55,428 bases of DNA, taken from positions 1 to 55,428 of the IMG/VR virus record IMGVR_UViG_3300034102_000073; one strand, written 5' to 3'. The DNA comes from a virus. Lineage: Duplodnaviria; Caudoviricetes. The notes below the pieces were generated by a model. That model had not been told where the DNA came from and searched no databases. It worked only from the letters and a program-made list of their open reading frames with translations. The position numbers were made by a program, and so were the translations under genes. Shown here one piece after another: positions 28,636 through 38,007 of the stretch (positions within the stretch are counted from its first letter, which is position 1; each line of letters opens with the position of its first letter).

Positions 28636-29010
28636 TTATTCCCACGGTGGAACGAGCATTACAGGTTTTGGGATTACGGGAGCGTTAAGAATTCGTTCAA
28701 CGCTATGTTCCAACATGCTCTCGATATTTGTTACCTCTGTAGTACCTAGTGCGCTTTTTACCCATGTAATAACATCTTGCTCGGTAACAGTATCGTACTG
28801 AAGGAAGTTATCCGGGTCTATAGATGGAGCGTACCAACTGACCCCATCCTCGCGGACTTTAGGTTTGCATATCCGCAGCACCCGCTTCTCAATCGCAGAC
28901 GCACCGTTTTCCTCCGCCTTAATCTGTACGGAAACCTCGGTAACAACTGTACCCAACGGAGCGCCAGCATCGACACCCCGCATAGCCAAGACTGTCCATG
29001 TTATGTTCAT
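28636..29010 (-). CDS. Fibre-associated small protein
   Basis: GAGG RBS, ATGA overlap with upstream fibre stop; FLQYD.VTE..VI.WV...LG...PW pattern. Confidence 0.65.
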   Translation of the reverse strand: MNITWTVLAMRGVDAGAPLGTVVTEVSVQIKAEENGASAIEKRVLRICKPKVREDGVSWYAPSIDPDNFLQYDTVTEQDVITWVKSALGTTEVTNIESMLEHSVERILNAPVIPKPVMLVPPWE

Positions 29011-30944
29011 GCTGCTAAATCCTCTATAGGTACTTTTGTAAATACAGTCGCCATCATGGGCGAATCCTTCCAAGGGAATGGACTTGCCGGGTAGGTTGTA
29101 CCACCATCTGAACTTGGTAACACCCGCCCAGTAGCATAAAGCTCACCTTTAGTTGTAAGGAGAAGTCCGTATCCTTTTCTATTAGCGTTTATCGAGTGCA
29201 TAGCCTCCATCCAAACAATCTCGTTAGCAGGAACAGGAAGTAGGTTTGTAATATCACTATGCACCGTACCCGATACTGCGTCGTTCCCACGCGTGCCATC
29301 AACGGCGTACCCAACAGACATAATCTTGTAATTACCGGAGCCGTCTACCCACCGTGAATAGAAGAAGCCCTGTGCCTCAGCGCATCCGGGCCAAACGGCA
29401 TTTACAGAATACCCTGCCGGAATATCAGTAGCCGCAGAGAATGTTGTTTTCTGCGTTGTGTTACCCATCAAGCACTGATAGTAAGAACTAACGCCAGTAG
29501 TGTGCAATGTACCATCAGTTTTTTTGATCCATGTAGTATTCGCGCCAGTGCTATACCTATTACCTGCTATCCAGAAATCAGACACATCAGTAGCACGGGT
29601 TGCAAAAGTACTTTTTAGTACCGTAGTGCCGTCGCCAAGTGAGCCGTTATTATTGTCCCCAGCCCCCCATAATGTGTTATCGGGGAACAAAATCATGCAA
29701 TCCATGACTGCATTTTGCCCAGCGAACATGACTTTGGTGGGTGTACTAGTAGGTAGTTCAGGAATAGCTGCCCACCGTAATCGGTTAGCAACAGACCCAG
29801 CACCAAGAATTCCGGCTGCACCATACCCTAGTCCATACCAAGCACCAAAAAAATCTTGACACATAATACTAGGAGATACTGTTTGCAGAGGACACCAAGC
29901 GTCGCTAATAAAATTTAATGCGCTACCAGTTGAATCCTGTGTTGCAACCCATGTAGTTGAATCAGTAGTTGAGTTTTGCCCTAGCGCACCGGTTGCACCT
30001 TCGCCAGAAGCCCATATTTTGTTGAAGTTTGTGAGTACCCAGACGGTCTGATTAACATCGGAGACCGCTAATCCACGGTTGTTGGTAAGTACTTTACGAG
30101 GGTATTCCCCCCACCACGCCTTAGAGCTATCGGCATAATTCCAAATAAGTCTCCAACGCACTTGGTCAATCGCGTTACCGATACCAAAAGAACCCGCACC
30201 AGCTAGTCCGGTTGCTACGATATAACCGGCATCATCCCACGCAATAACAGTGATCTCGGCTGGGTCAGTGGCAAGGATCACCTCGTTGTAATCAAACGGG
30301 CCTATACCCTCTACATAAGTTGGAATCTCAACAAGCGAAGTCTGTATACGCTGATCTGTAGGGAAACCACCAGTGCCATAATAAGGTGCGTCTACTAACG
30401 CACTGCGAGCAGATGCGTACAAGATGTACCATTTACCATTAGTCGCTTTAAACGCAATAGCATAAGGCGAAACTTCGACTGGAAACGCGGTGTCTACACG
30501 TAACCGTGTGTTTCTGTATATAAAATCCGAATTAACTAGTAGAGTATCCCCAGACATAGGAGCGCCGTAGGAAGCGGCACTATACACCCCTATGTTATTA
30601 GTCAACACTCCTGTCATAGTGTCGCCGGACTTGGACACCTTCTCGTTGAAATGCTCACGAGTTACGCGCATCTCAAATCGATCACCAGCCACATACGCTT
30701 TTGCAGTTGTGCTTTGCTGCGCCCGTGTAATCGTGAATGTATTAGACGCAGCAGTGTGCGCCGTGCATTTCACAATCTCAATGTTGTTACTGGCGTCAAT
30801 CAACGTACCCCAGAAATAGTTAGTTCCTGTGATCGTTGGAAACCTAGCCCCCTGACCTGTTTGTAGGGTGAGCGAAGTCGCCCCACTTGCAAGGTTGGAA
30901 GCTAGGACACCAGTAGCGTTATTGGTTACGGTGGCAGCAGGCAT
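29007..30944 (-). CDS. Tail fibre/appendage protein 3 with RCC1-like beta-propeller repeats
   Basis: Shared anchor domain; repeats WASGEGATGALG, WGAGDNNNGSLGDG, HTTGVSSYYQCLMG. Confidence 0.78.
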   Translation of the reverse strand: MPAATVTNNATGVLASNLASGATSLTLQTGQGARFPTITGTNYFWGTLIDASNNIEIVKCTAHTAASNTFTITRAQQSTTAKAYVAGDRFEMRVTREHFNEKVSKSGDTMTGVLTNNIGVYSAASYGAPMSGDTLLVNSDFIYRNTRLRVDTAFPVEVSPYAIAFKATNGKWYILYASARSALVDAPYYGTGGFPTDQRIQTSLVEIPTYVEGIGPFDYNEVILATDPAEITVIAWDDAGYIVATGLAGAGSFGIGNAIDQVRWRLIWNYADSSKAWWGEYPRKVLTNNRGLAVSDVNQTVWVLTNFNKIWASGEGATGALGQNSTTDSTTWVATQDSTGSALNFISDAWCPLQTVSPSIMCQDFFGAWYGLGYGAAGILGAGSVANRLRWAAIPELPTSTPTKVMFAGQNAVMDCMILFPDNTLWGAGDNNNGSLGDGTTVLKSTFATRATDVSDFWIAGNRYSTGANTTWIKKTDGTLHTTGVSSYYQCLMGNTTQKTTFSAATDIPAGYSVNAVWPGCAEAQGFFYSRWVDGSGNYKIMSVGYAVDGTRGNDAVSGTVHSDITNLLPVPANEIVWMEAMHSINANRKGYGLLLTTKGELYATGRVLPSSDGGTTYPASPFPWKDSPMMATVFTKVPIEDLAA

Positions 30945-30946
30945 GA

Positions 30947-31393
30947 TTAGCTAATCGTCACAGTCCAAGAAATAGTCAGCGTATCCGCTGCGCCCTTGTT
31001 GATGACCGCAAAAATCGTGCGGCAAAGCATGTCGCCAGCAGAAGAATCGTTGAAGATACCTGCTTCGACCAGTGCGCCAGTACCAACGCCGGGGTTAAAC
31101 GTACAAGCGTACGTAACTTGATCGGTTGATACCGTAGTGCTAGTCAACGCTGTACGGCTACTAGCCACTGGTGCAGCAAGAGTTGTGTCACCTAGCGCCG
31201 GAGCAGTATTGGTCGTACCCACTTCCATGTGCGACATCACGTTGGTAGTGGCGTCTTTCATTCGCTCAGCGATGAAATCCAGACCGGACTGCACAACAAG
31301 GTTATCTACCTCGCGTTGATCTTTTACCTGCCCATCTTCACCAGTCAAGACAAACTTGACTTTACCGGTGGCCTTTACAGAATCTTTAATCAT
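30947..31393 (-). CDS. Small structural (fibre/neck) protein
   Basis: NLVV..G...VGT...EAGIFN...ML.R...K...DTL.I.W pattern; AGGAG RBS. Confidence 0.7.
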   Translation of the reverse strand: MIKDSVKATGKVKFVLTGEDGQVKDQREVDNLVVQSGLDFIAERMKDATTNVMSHMEVGTTNTAPALGDTTLAAPVASSRTALTSTTVSTDQVTYACTFNPGVGTGALVEAGIFNDSSAGDMLCRTIFAVINKGAADTLTISWTVTIS

Positions 31394-31403
31394 GATTCAC
31401 TCC

Positions 31404-32621
31404 TTAGTTAAATTGAGACTCATCAATGGCGTAGCCGTTGATCGAACGAGAATCCACGCCAGTAGTGAATTCCCTAATAGCTAGATTATCCGATGTTGTA
31501 CCATCTTCTGTGAAGAAGCGTACAGGAACAATGTTGACAGTCGCCACATCGGTTACAGTTACCGAGTCCGCTAACACTGCGGTTATCGACTTCACATCTG
31601 CGTCTGAAGTTGTCGCTGTATCGGCTAAGACTTTGGTTCCGGTGAAACTATTGATCGCATCGGTGGCTACCGCAGTATCAGTAAGATCAGGTTTTGTAAC
31701 CTGTTTCGCGTCAGCATCCGAAGTCGTAGCTATGTCCGCCACATCGGGGCGGGTCAAATCTCTTACCAGTGCATCAGTAGTTGTTGCCGTGTCCTGAAGC
31801 ACCTTAGTAGGATTCAGGTAATCTATGGCATCAGCCGTACCTACAGTGTCGGAATAGACGACTTGTGGGTGATACGCCGCTGCGTCTGTAGCTTGCGCCG
31901 CGCTCGTAAGGTCAGGCTTGGTAACGGACTTAGCGTCGGCGTCCGAAGTCGTCGCCGTATCCGCCACATCAGGACGAACAAGTACAAACGAGTTGATAAC
32001 ATCAGTCGGTACTGCCGTATCCACAAGGACTTTCGTCGCCACCAAGTAATCAATACCGTCGGAGGTAGTAGCAACATCTTGGGATACCTTTGTCGAGTGC
32101 TTGGCTGCAAGATCAGACGTTGTTGCAGTGTCAGCTATGTCTGGACGAGTAAGATCAAACGAGGGGAAATCGGTAGCAAACGCTGGGTCAGGGTCTACAT
32201 CTGCGTCCGTCTGGTCAAAGTCCAGCGGTTTGGTATGTACCTTTGTTAGGGAGTCTGTCGTAGTGACGGCATCATTGAGTACCTTAGTGAATGTAAAGTA
32301 GTCAACTGCATCCCCAGTTGTAGAGACATCCAATAGCACTTTGTTTATTGCTATGGCAACCGTATCCGAAGGCGTAGCCCCATCCATGAACTGAACAGGG
32401 AAAGTTACTTCCGCACGCAGGCGAGGAGAATCTAGGTAGGTAGCCTTAGGCGCAGCATACGCCGCCGACACAGCAAGAATACCGGCTGTAACAACCGCAG
32501 CAGCTTTTGGGGCGGCAATCTCAGAGGCAAGAGAAACAAGCGCCTTCACAGCCCCAACGACTGTAACAGTCGCCGTAGCCGTGGAAGGCGTTGTTATAGA
32601 GAATCTTGCCCGAATACGCAT
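31404..32621 (-). CDS. Thr/Asp/Ala-rich repeat structural protein
   Basis: Many ~19-20 aa D.A.T(S/T)D repeats. Confidence 0.72.
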   Translation of the reverse strand: MRIRARFSITTPSTATATVTVVGAVKALVSLASEIAAPKAAAVVTAGILAVSAAYAAPKATYLDSPRLRAEVTFPVQFMDGATPSDTVAIAINKVLLDVSTTGDAVDYFTFTKVLNDAVTTTDSLTKVHTKPLDFDQTDADVDPDPAFATDFPSFDLTRPDIADTATTSDLAAKHSTKVSQDVATTSDGIDYLVATKVLVDTAVPTDVINSFVLVRPDVADTATTSDADAKSVTKPDLTSAAQATDAAAYHPQVVYSDTVGTADAIDYLNPTKVLQDTATTTDALVRDLTRPDVADIATTSDADAKQVTKPDLTDTAVATDAINSFTGTKVLADTATTSDADVKSITAVLADSVTVTDVATVNIVPVRFFTEDGTTSDNLAIREFTTGVDSRSINGYAIDESQFN

Positions 32622-32950
32622 CAGAACTCCCCACGCACGCGGAAACGCAGCACATCAAACACAGTGTGTTTTGCTCCGTTATAACTAATTTCGATCTCGC
32701 CTTCGTATTGACCGGGGTCTACATCAAGTACCCCGCCAGTAAAATTAAAACTTACTTTACCGTTTACAGCATCAGTTTTAGTGCAATTGATCGTGGACAA
32801 CAGCGTAGTACTACCTGCGGCACGAAATTTAACTACGACGGTAGTTGTACCGGCAGATAAATCAATCGGTAGCCCAGTGTTCTCGTCAGTCAGAGTCAGA
32901 TTGATCTCTGGCTTACTGTCGTTCTGGACTAGGCGTATAACGTCGCTCAT
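32621..32950 (-). CDS. BppU N-terminal-like Ig-fold structural protein
   Basis: LVQND...L.D...PIDL...G.Y.GEIEI pattern. Confidence 0.65.
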   Translation of the reverse strand: MSDVIRLVQNDSKPEINLTLTDENTGLPIDLSAGTTTVVVKFRAAGSTTLLSTINCTKTDAVNGKVSFNFTGGVLDVDPGQYEGEIEISYNGAKHTVFDVLRFRVRGEF

Positions 32951-32958
32951 ATCTTCTC

Positions 32959-33612
32959 CTATGCAAAAGGTCGCATCTGCACAGTCATCGACGCCCTAGC
33001 GACGCCTAGGTTGGCCTTAGCACGGCGGGCTGCTGTCTTATATGCAAATTGTTTAGCGTGATACGTAGCCAGTTCTCGGTCTGCCCATGACTTACCGGGC
33101 AATACTAGCAAGTGTTGCAATGCCCCATGGATAATTAGTTGCTCACACTCATCAAACGGCGTCTGATCCATTCCACGAGAACTAATGCTAGGCTTTAACG
33201 CCACGAACATTTTGACATCATAAGTCTTAGAGTTGTCTGGAACTGGGACAACAACAAAATGGTCAGGGTCAAACTGTGAAATGTGGCGGGGGTCAGACCT
33301 TTTACTAGCCTCAGTTGCAGGCCAGTCAGGATACTGAGCATGAACTTGTTCCTGCGTAAGTGGGGTAATTTTTTCGCCGTTTACTGTCGAATGAATTACC
33401 GCCACGATTTCCGAGTTCTCAGGAGTCTCGTACTCATACTCATACACCCCGGCTGTTAGACGAATAAGCGGCTGCTCATAACGCCACACTAGCGTTTTTT
33501 CACATACCTCTATAGCAGCGTCTCGAACATACTGCTCAATAGTAGGACGCGGGCAACCCGGCACACTGGGAGCCAGTTTAGATTCAAGAGATAAAAAAGT
33601 CCGCGTAGCCAT
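32959..33612 (-). CDS. Head-tail adaptor-like protein
   Basis: VPGCP...RDAAIE.CE...W, ALKPS, HGAL..L motifs; position after capsid genes. Confidence 0.65.
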   Translation of the reverse strand: MATRTFLSLESKLAPSVPGCPRPTIEQYVRDAAIEVCEKTLVWRYEQPLIRLTAGVYEYEYETPENSEIVAVIHSTVNGEKITPLTQEQVHAQYPDWPATEASKRSDPRHISQFDPDHFVVVPVPDNSKTYDVKMFVALKPSISSRGMDQTPFDECEQLIIHGALQHLLVLPGKSWADRELATYHAKQFAYKTAARRAKANLGVARASMTVQMRPFA

Positions 33613-34266
33613 TTACACCACCTGATTAGGTTGTAGTCCTGCTTCTTCGGTATCCGTAACCGGACGGGCTTGGAAGTTAGTACTCAACGCCTGAACAAAA
33701 GACTGTTGGAACAACTGAGCGCGGTTTGAGTTCACATGCTCGTTATCAATAGATTCCGCCAAGAAAATTGTGCCGTCAACTACGACGGGGAAATACGCAT
33801 CAGGCAGTAAATCTACAGTCTCACCAAGGACGTAATTCTTCGGGGCTTGCGCGTACTCAATAATCAAGACCTGCGAAGCAGGAGCTTTGGGGTAAATAAA
33901 AAAGCGGTTGTTGTTACGTACATGCCGCATCCAATTTACACACGCACCGGGGTCATCATTAGCCCAGTCGGGATATGTCTGGTCAAGAGTCAACCGATTA
34001 GTCTCTCGTACCGCTGCTCCATCCTTTACACGGAATACTTCCATGATTCGAATAGAATCAGAAGGAGCAGTCTGTAGTACCTCTCCCGCAGTAGTAGTGA
34101 ACTCCGCTACTTTAGCGAATAGGTCAGGACGCAACACTGCCATGCGCTTGAGCGCCTGATTCGCAAAACCGAGTAACTCGGTATCCGAATAGCGTTGCAG
34201 CACCGCGTTTGCATTGGTATCCTGCAACATACGGCGAACTTCAACGATAACAGTGTCGAGTATCAT
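33613..34266 (-). CDS. Head-tail adaptor-like protein (DUF6682-like)
   Basis: VRR.LQD...RYSD.ELL...N.A...RPD, FFIYP motifs. Confidence 0.65.
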   Translation of the reverse strand: MILDTVIVEVRRMLQDTNANAVLQRYSDTELLGFANQALKRMAVLRPDLFAKVAEFTTTAGEVLQTAPSDSIRIMEVFRVKDGAAVRETNRLTLDQTYPDWANDDPGACVNWMRHVRNNNRFFIYPKAPASQVLIIEYAQAPKNYVLGETVDLLPDAYFPVVVDGTIFLAESIDNEHVNSNRAQLFQQSFVQALSTNFQARPVTDTEEAGLQPNQVV

Positions 34267-34502
34267 TACATCAGCCCTCTAGATGCTTCGATGTTTAGTT
34301 CTTCATTTACAACGACTGGCTCCTCTGGAACATTCTCAGTCTCCAACACTAGCCCAGACTTACGGCCTTTTTGTTTCTTAGGAATAAACTTTTCAGGAAA
34401 TGCTTCTTCTTCAGTCACTTCCTCGCATATAGGATTCTCCGCGAGAATTGGATTCCAGTCGTAGATAAAACCGTCTCTTTTGTTTCGTAGGAATCGCGCC
34501 AT
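34266..34502 (-). CDS. Small hypothetical protein
   Basis: AGGAG RBS; coupled to neighbours. Confidence 0.65.
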   Translation of the reverse strand: MARFLRNKRDGFIYDWNPILAENPICEEVTEEEAFPEKFIPKKQKGRKSGLVLETENVPEEPVVVNEELNIEASRGLM

Positions 34503-34657
34503 CACTTACTCCTTTTCGCTGCGTTCATATTATCGACCAAGTTAGGGTACTTGCGCCCCGCTTTCTTAGCCGCTGCTTTTGCCTTTGCTTTTTGCTCAGG
34601 CGTTAAAGGTTTCGATTTACCGATTCCCTTAGGTCTTGGTTTATTCCAGACTTCCAT
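34502..34657 (-). CDS. Small basic protein, 51 aa (MEVWNKPRPKGIGKSKPLTPEQKAKAKAAAKKAGRKYPNLVDNMNAAKRSK), absent from the ORF track
   Basis: Manual translation; fills the gap between neighbours; GR.YPNLVDN motif. Confidence 0.75.
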   Translation of the reverse strand: MEVWNKPRPKGIGKSKPLTPEQKAKAKAAAKKAGRKYPNLVDNMNAAKRSK

Positions 34658-34658
34658 A

Positions 34659-34913
34659 TCAGCACTTCCATGCCCGAAGGCTTTTATTGATCCGGCTATT
34701 TGGATCGTTTGCTGTTTTCTTGGATGTCAGCTTCTTCTTCATCCCTTCCATCCTCGCGCAGAACGAATCTCTACGGGAGCCGCCTTCAGGCTGCGGAGGT
34801 TTTAGTCCGGGTTTACCCGGATTGGCTTTGTTGTAAGCGGCGCGACCCTTAGCATTTAGCCCGCCATCAGGGTCTTTACCCTCCTTACGCTGCCATGCTG
34901 GGGTCTTAGCCAT
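34659..34913 (-). CDS. Small basic phage protein (DUF6321-like)
   Basis: KTPAWQRKEGK..GGLN.KGR...RR.SFCARM...W.C; GAGG RBS. Confidence 0.75.
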   Translation of the reverse strand: MAKTPAWQRKEGKDPDGGLNAKGRAAYNKANPGKPGLKPPQPEGGSRRDSFCARMEGMKKKLTSKKTANDPNSRINKSLRAWKC

Positions 34914-35206
34914 CATGCCACCTCGTACCAAATAGTGACAGAACAATCTGCTGGGAGGTCGATATAAACACCATTGGCAAAAATCATTCCGTCGCCGGGC
35001 ATATCAACTTGTGTAATCCCCTTACCGTACGCATTGATTGAATAAAACGGGTCAGACACACCGGGCGTAGTATCTAAATCATAGTACTTAACGATGGCAT
35101 CACTTCCGCCGCTGTGCATCACCATTGTCTTGAGCATACGACAATGCCCACTGATGGCAACACCATCGGTGGTTACTTGTACTGCTCTAACTCCTAGCAC
35201 AGCCAT
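34913..35206 (-). CDS. Small beta-rich virion protein
   Basis: AAGGAG RBS; PG.G..F..G.Y C-terminal pattern. Confidence 0.65.
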   Translation of the reverse strand: MAVLGVRAVQVTTDGVAISGHCRMLKTMVMHSGGSDAIVKYYDLDTTPGVSDPFYSINAYGKGITQVDMPGDGMIFANGVYIDLPADCSVTIWYEVA

Positions 35207-35221
35207 AACTGTTCTCCTTTA

Positions 35222-35246
35222 GAAGAAAGGGGGCCGAAGCCCCCTT
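35222..35246 (-). terminator. Rho-independent terminator after the capsid-decoration gene
   Basis: Minus strand aagggggc-ttcg-gccccctt followed by tcttct. Confidence 0.65.
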
Positions 35247-35250
35247 CCGT

Positions 35251-35727
35251 TTAGGCGCAGTCAGCAACCAATGCCCACACGCGAACAACTGCTGCATCAG
35301 CAGCGTTCACAGTGATGACATCAATCGTATCAGCAGCGCTGTAGTATTTACCAGCACCATAGCCTACGAACGTGTTCGGAGTGCCTTCAGCGAGGGCAGC
35401 AGCCGAGCAGTAAGAAGCAACAGTGTTGGCGTTCACGCCATCCAACCAACCGTCAGCATCAGTACCATCACCGATGTCAACAGTCAGAGTGCCGCCTTCA
35501 GCAGTCACAACGTCCATACCAACCGCCATCACCAACGACTTGGCTGGGATACGGATGGCTTCAACGCCGTCACCTGCACCGATGGCAGCAGCGCCAGCAG
35601 CAGTACGAGCAGCAGAAATTGCTGCGAAATCAAGTTCAACCTCGTAACGGGTGACCTTGTGCAAACCCTCTGCGCGAGGAGCGGCTGAGCCTTTGTTGTA
35701 GCCCAACGATTCAGTAAGAATAGCCAT
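35251..35727 (-). CDS. Putative capsid decoration/cement protein
   Basis: Directly after major capsid gene; Ala-rich beta-type sequence; GGAG RBS. Confidence 0.7.
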   Translation of the reverse strand: MAILTESLGYNKGSAAPRAEGLHKVTRYEVELDFAAISAARTAAGAAAIGAGDGVEAIRIPAKSLVMAVGMDVVTAEGGTLTVDIGDGTDADGWLDGVNANTVASYCSAAALAEGTPNTFVGYGAGKYYSAADTIDVITVNAADAAVVRVWALVADCA

Positions 35728-35752
35728 GATAAATCTCCAAAAAAGTTACGAA

Positions 35753-35770
35753 CGGGGGCCGAAGCCCCCG
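35753..35770 (-). terminator. UUCG hairpin after major capsid gene (probably a leaky terminator)
   Basis: cgggggc-ttcg-gcccccg with weak U tract. Confidence 0.55.
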
Positions 35771-35774
35771 ACCT

Positions 35775-36680
35775 TTACAGGGTGATAACAGCCTGAGTCA
35801 ACGCTTCAGGTTTCACAACCTTGTAGCCATACACTTGCAGACCACGGATGATGTTGCCGAACGTGGTTTCAGAGCGGATGGTTTCCATGTTGGTCATTTG
35901 CGAAGCAAATGTGAAACCCATCTTGTGACCGCCGATAACGCTGAACTTACCAGAAGACACGTTCAGGTTGTGGCTCACATAGAGGGTGAAGCGGTCGATC
36001 ATGCCGAGACGACCATTGCGCAGCGGAGTCATGCTGTCACCGGTCAAAGACGCATCCTTCAGGTCAGAACGCTTGATGTAACCAGCCATCTTAGCCGGGA
36101 TAACCAAGAAACGATCTTGCTCAGGAGCGTTGGCTTCGTCAAGAACAGTACCCATATCAACGATCAAGTCGATGACGTTGGTTTTGTCGATGGCAAGAGC
36201 CGAACCGGTAGTGCCAAGGTCGATGTCACCAGAGATACGACCAGCAGTTGCGCCTTTGTTCAAGGCGGAAATGTCTGGAAGGATGTCGGTGAGAACGCGC
36301 TGGTCAATCTTGATCTTCATACGCTCGGAAGCGTCTTTAGACCATTGATCCATCAGGTTGATGTCCGACTGAACCTTGTCCACATCATCTTCGATACAGG
36401 CAAAATACTCGCCCTTGTCGATCACGAGTTGGAGTTTTGGCTTGTCAGGATTTTCAACCGACAGCGTTTGACCTTTGACATAGGTCTTGATGGTGATCTC
36501 AGGAGTGGTACGGATATTGACCGTATCACCGTGCTGACGAATCTCGCCTTCGTAATCAGTATTGGAAATAGCAGCCAACACAGTTGCGTCGTAGAAATTC
36601 TCGATCAGTTTGCCCGACCAGATTTCGGGAATGAAATTGCCGCTGTAGTTAGGGCGGCCACCTGCGTTAGGAAAAGACAT
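35775..36680 (-). CDS. Major capsid protein
   Basis: FIPEIWS...YEGEI...GDTV.I, G.IDRF..Y.S, D/N.IRGL.VYG..V..P HK97-fold capsid pattern; follows scaffold. Confidence 0.9.
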   Translation of the reverse strand: MSFPNAGGRPNYSGNFIPEIWSGKLIENFYDATVLAAISNTDYEGEIRQHGDTVNIRTTPEITIKTYVKGQTLSVENPDKPKLQLVIDKGEYFACIEDDVDKVQSDINLMDQWSKDASERMKIKIDQRVLTDILPDISALNKGATAGRISGDIDLGTTGSALAIDKTNVIDLIVDMGTVLDEANAPEQDRFLVIPAKMAGYIKRSDLKDASLTGDSMTPLRNGRLGMIDRFTLYVSHNLNVSSGKFSVIGGHKMGFTFASQMTNMETIRSETTFGNIIRGLQVYGYKVVKPEALTQAVITL

Positions 36681-36694
36681 GTTAGTTCTCCAAA

Positions 36695-37744
36695 TTAAGC
36701 GTTAGCAACAATGCGCCCATCTCGCTGTGCAGCGAAGATGTCGCGTTCGATGCGGTCACGCTCAGCCTCTCGCCCTTTGTACTTACCCTGACGGACATCG
36801 TTGAAAAAGTCCTTAATGTCAGACGGAGAGTACTGGCGAGAAGTTTGACCAGTGGGTACGTTCGTGCCGCGTCCGCGACCCGGCGATACCTGCTTTTCAA
36901 GTTCTGAGGCAGACCGATTAGGTTGAGCATTAGCAGTCGATTGGTATCTACCAGTAGCTTGAGAGAATGTACTGAAGAAAGCCGCTACACGTTCCACATC
37001 GAGATTCTGCTGTGCCTGCTCTAGATACACTTGACGGTTCATTCCTGTCATCGGATCAACTTCTAGTAGCCAACTTTGGAAGTCAAGATCATTATTGATA
37101 TGCTGCCAGTTGGGTACGAGATGTGACAACGAATTCCAGAAACGATCCTCAGCACTAAGTGCTTGTTGCTGAGCAACTCGCTGTACCTGAGGCACAACAG
37201 ATGTGTTAAGGCTGGTAGCAATTTGGCTGATTGCGTTTTCAAGCGCAGCCAGCTTGCCGATCATAGGAACAAGTTCCTCTCTCGACACTTTGCGCATTAC
37301 ATCCAGCGACTCACCATACTCCTCTTTCTCTTTATCAGAGACGAGAATAGGAGCCTGCATACTCGCAGGAGCCTGAGATGGTGCGGCAGATAGAGACGAA
37401 AGCAACTGCTCCATCTGACTAACACGGGACTGCAACTCTCGATTAGTGGCGTGTAAGCGCGGAACTTCCGCGTTGTACATACCCTGAAGAGTTCGCCATT
37501 TCTGAGCATAAGTCTCAGAATTTGCGTCGTCATTGCTTTGCTCTGTACCTGACGACGGCGCAGCATTTTCAGTAGCAGCACTGTTGGCAGCAGGCGCTTC
37601 ATTCTCAGCAGGCGTCCCAGCGTCGGGGGAAGGGTCATTAGACGATGGAGTATTCTCCGCGCCTTCGGTTCCCTCGCTGTTGAGTTGCTTGTAGAGTTCC
37701 TGAACGGCCTCAGTCTGTTTACGAATTTGCTCTGGTAATGCCAT
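36695..37744 (-). CDS. Capsid scaffolding protein
   Basis: Acidic disordered N-terminus, coiled coil, A..DGR C-terminus; between portal and capsid. Confidence 0.8.
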   Translation of the reverse strand: MALPEQIRKQTEAVQELYKQLNSEGTEGAENTPSSNDPSPDAGTPAENEAPAANSAATENAAPSSGTEQSNDDANSETYAQKWRTLQGMYNAEVPRLHATNRELQSRVSQMEQLLSSLSAAPSQAPASMQAPILVSDKEKEEYGESLDVMRKVSREELVPMIGKLAALENAISQIATSLNTSVVPQVQRVAQQQALSAEDRFWNSLSHLVPNWQHINNDLDFQSWLLEVDPMTGMNRQVYLEQAQQNLDVERVAAFFSTFSQATGRYQSTANAQPNRSASELEKQVSPGRGRGTNVPTGQTSRQYSPSDIKDFFNDVRQGKYKGREAERDRIERDIFAAQRDGRIVANA

Positions 37745-37755
37745 GATGTACGCTC

Positions 37756-38007
37756 CTATCGGTGTGCGTTAAAAGAATTTTGGGGCGAGGATGAATCCTT
37801 TGCCGCCAGATCAGGGGCATCTTTGACGAGTTTGTAAATCTCGCCCAATACCTGACACCGCCCCTGTTGGAGTGCCGGGTTGTTTACTGCCTGCGGCAGT
37901 TGTTCTAGCTCGTGCATACGCCAGTCTTTCAGAAAGTCCAGAATCTCTGGATACTGTCTGACTGTGACAGCGAACGCTTTGATAACTTTTGGATCGGGGC
38001 GGATCAT
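37756..38007 (-). CDS. Small head-module protein (Bbp19-like)
   Basis: QGR.Q.L motif; position between portal and scaffold. Confidence 0.6.
   Translation of the reverse strand: MIRPDPKVIKAFAVTVRQYPEILDFLKDWRMHELEQLPQAVNNPALQQGRCQVLGEIYKLVKDAPDLAAKDSSSPQNSFNAHR

Noticed and set aside
26054-30944. Diversity-generating retroelement acting on the fibres
   Set aside because: No reverse transcriptase and no template/variable repeat pair seen
35835-36698. 287-aa plus-strand ORF opposite the capsid gene
   Set aside because: Antisense shadow of a codon-biased gene; no RBS or recognisable motifs
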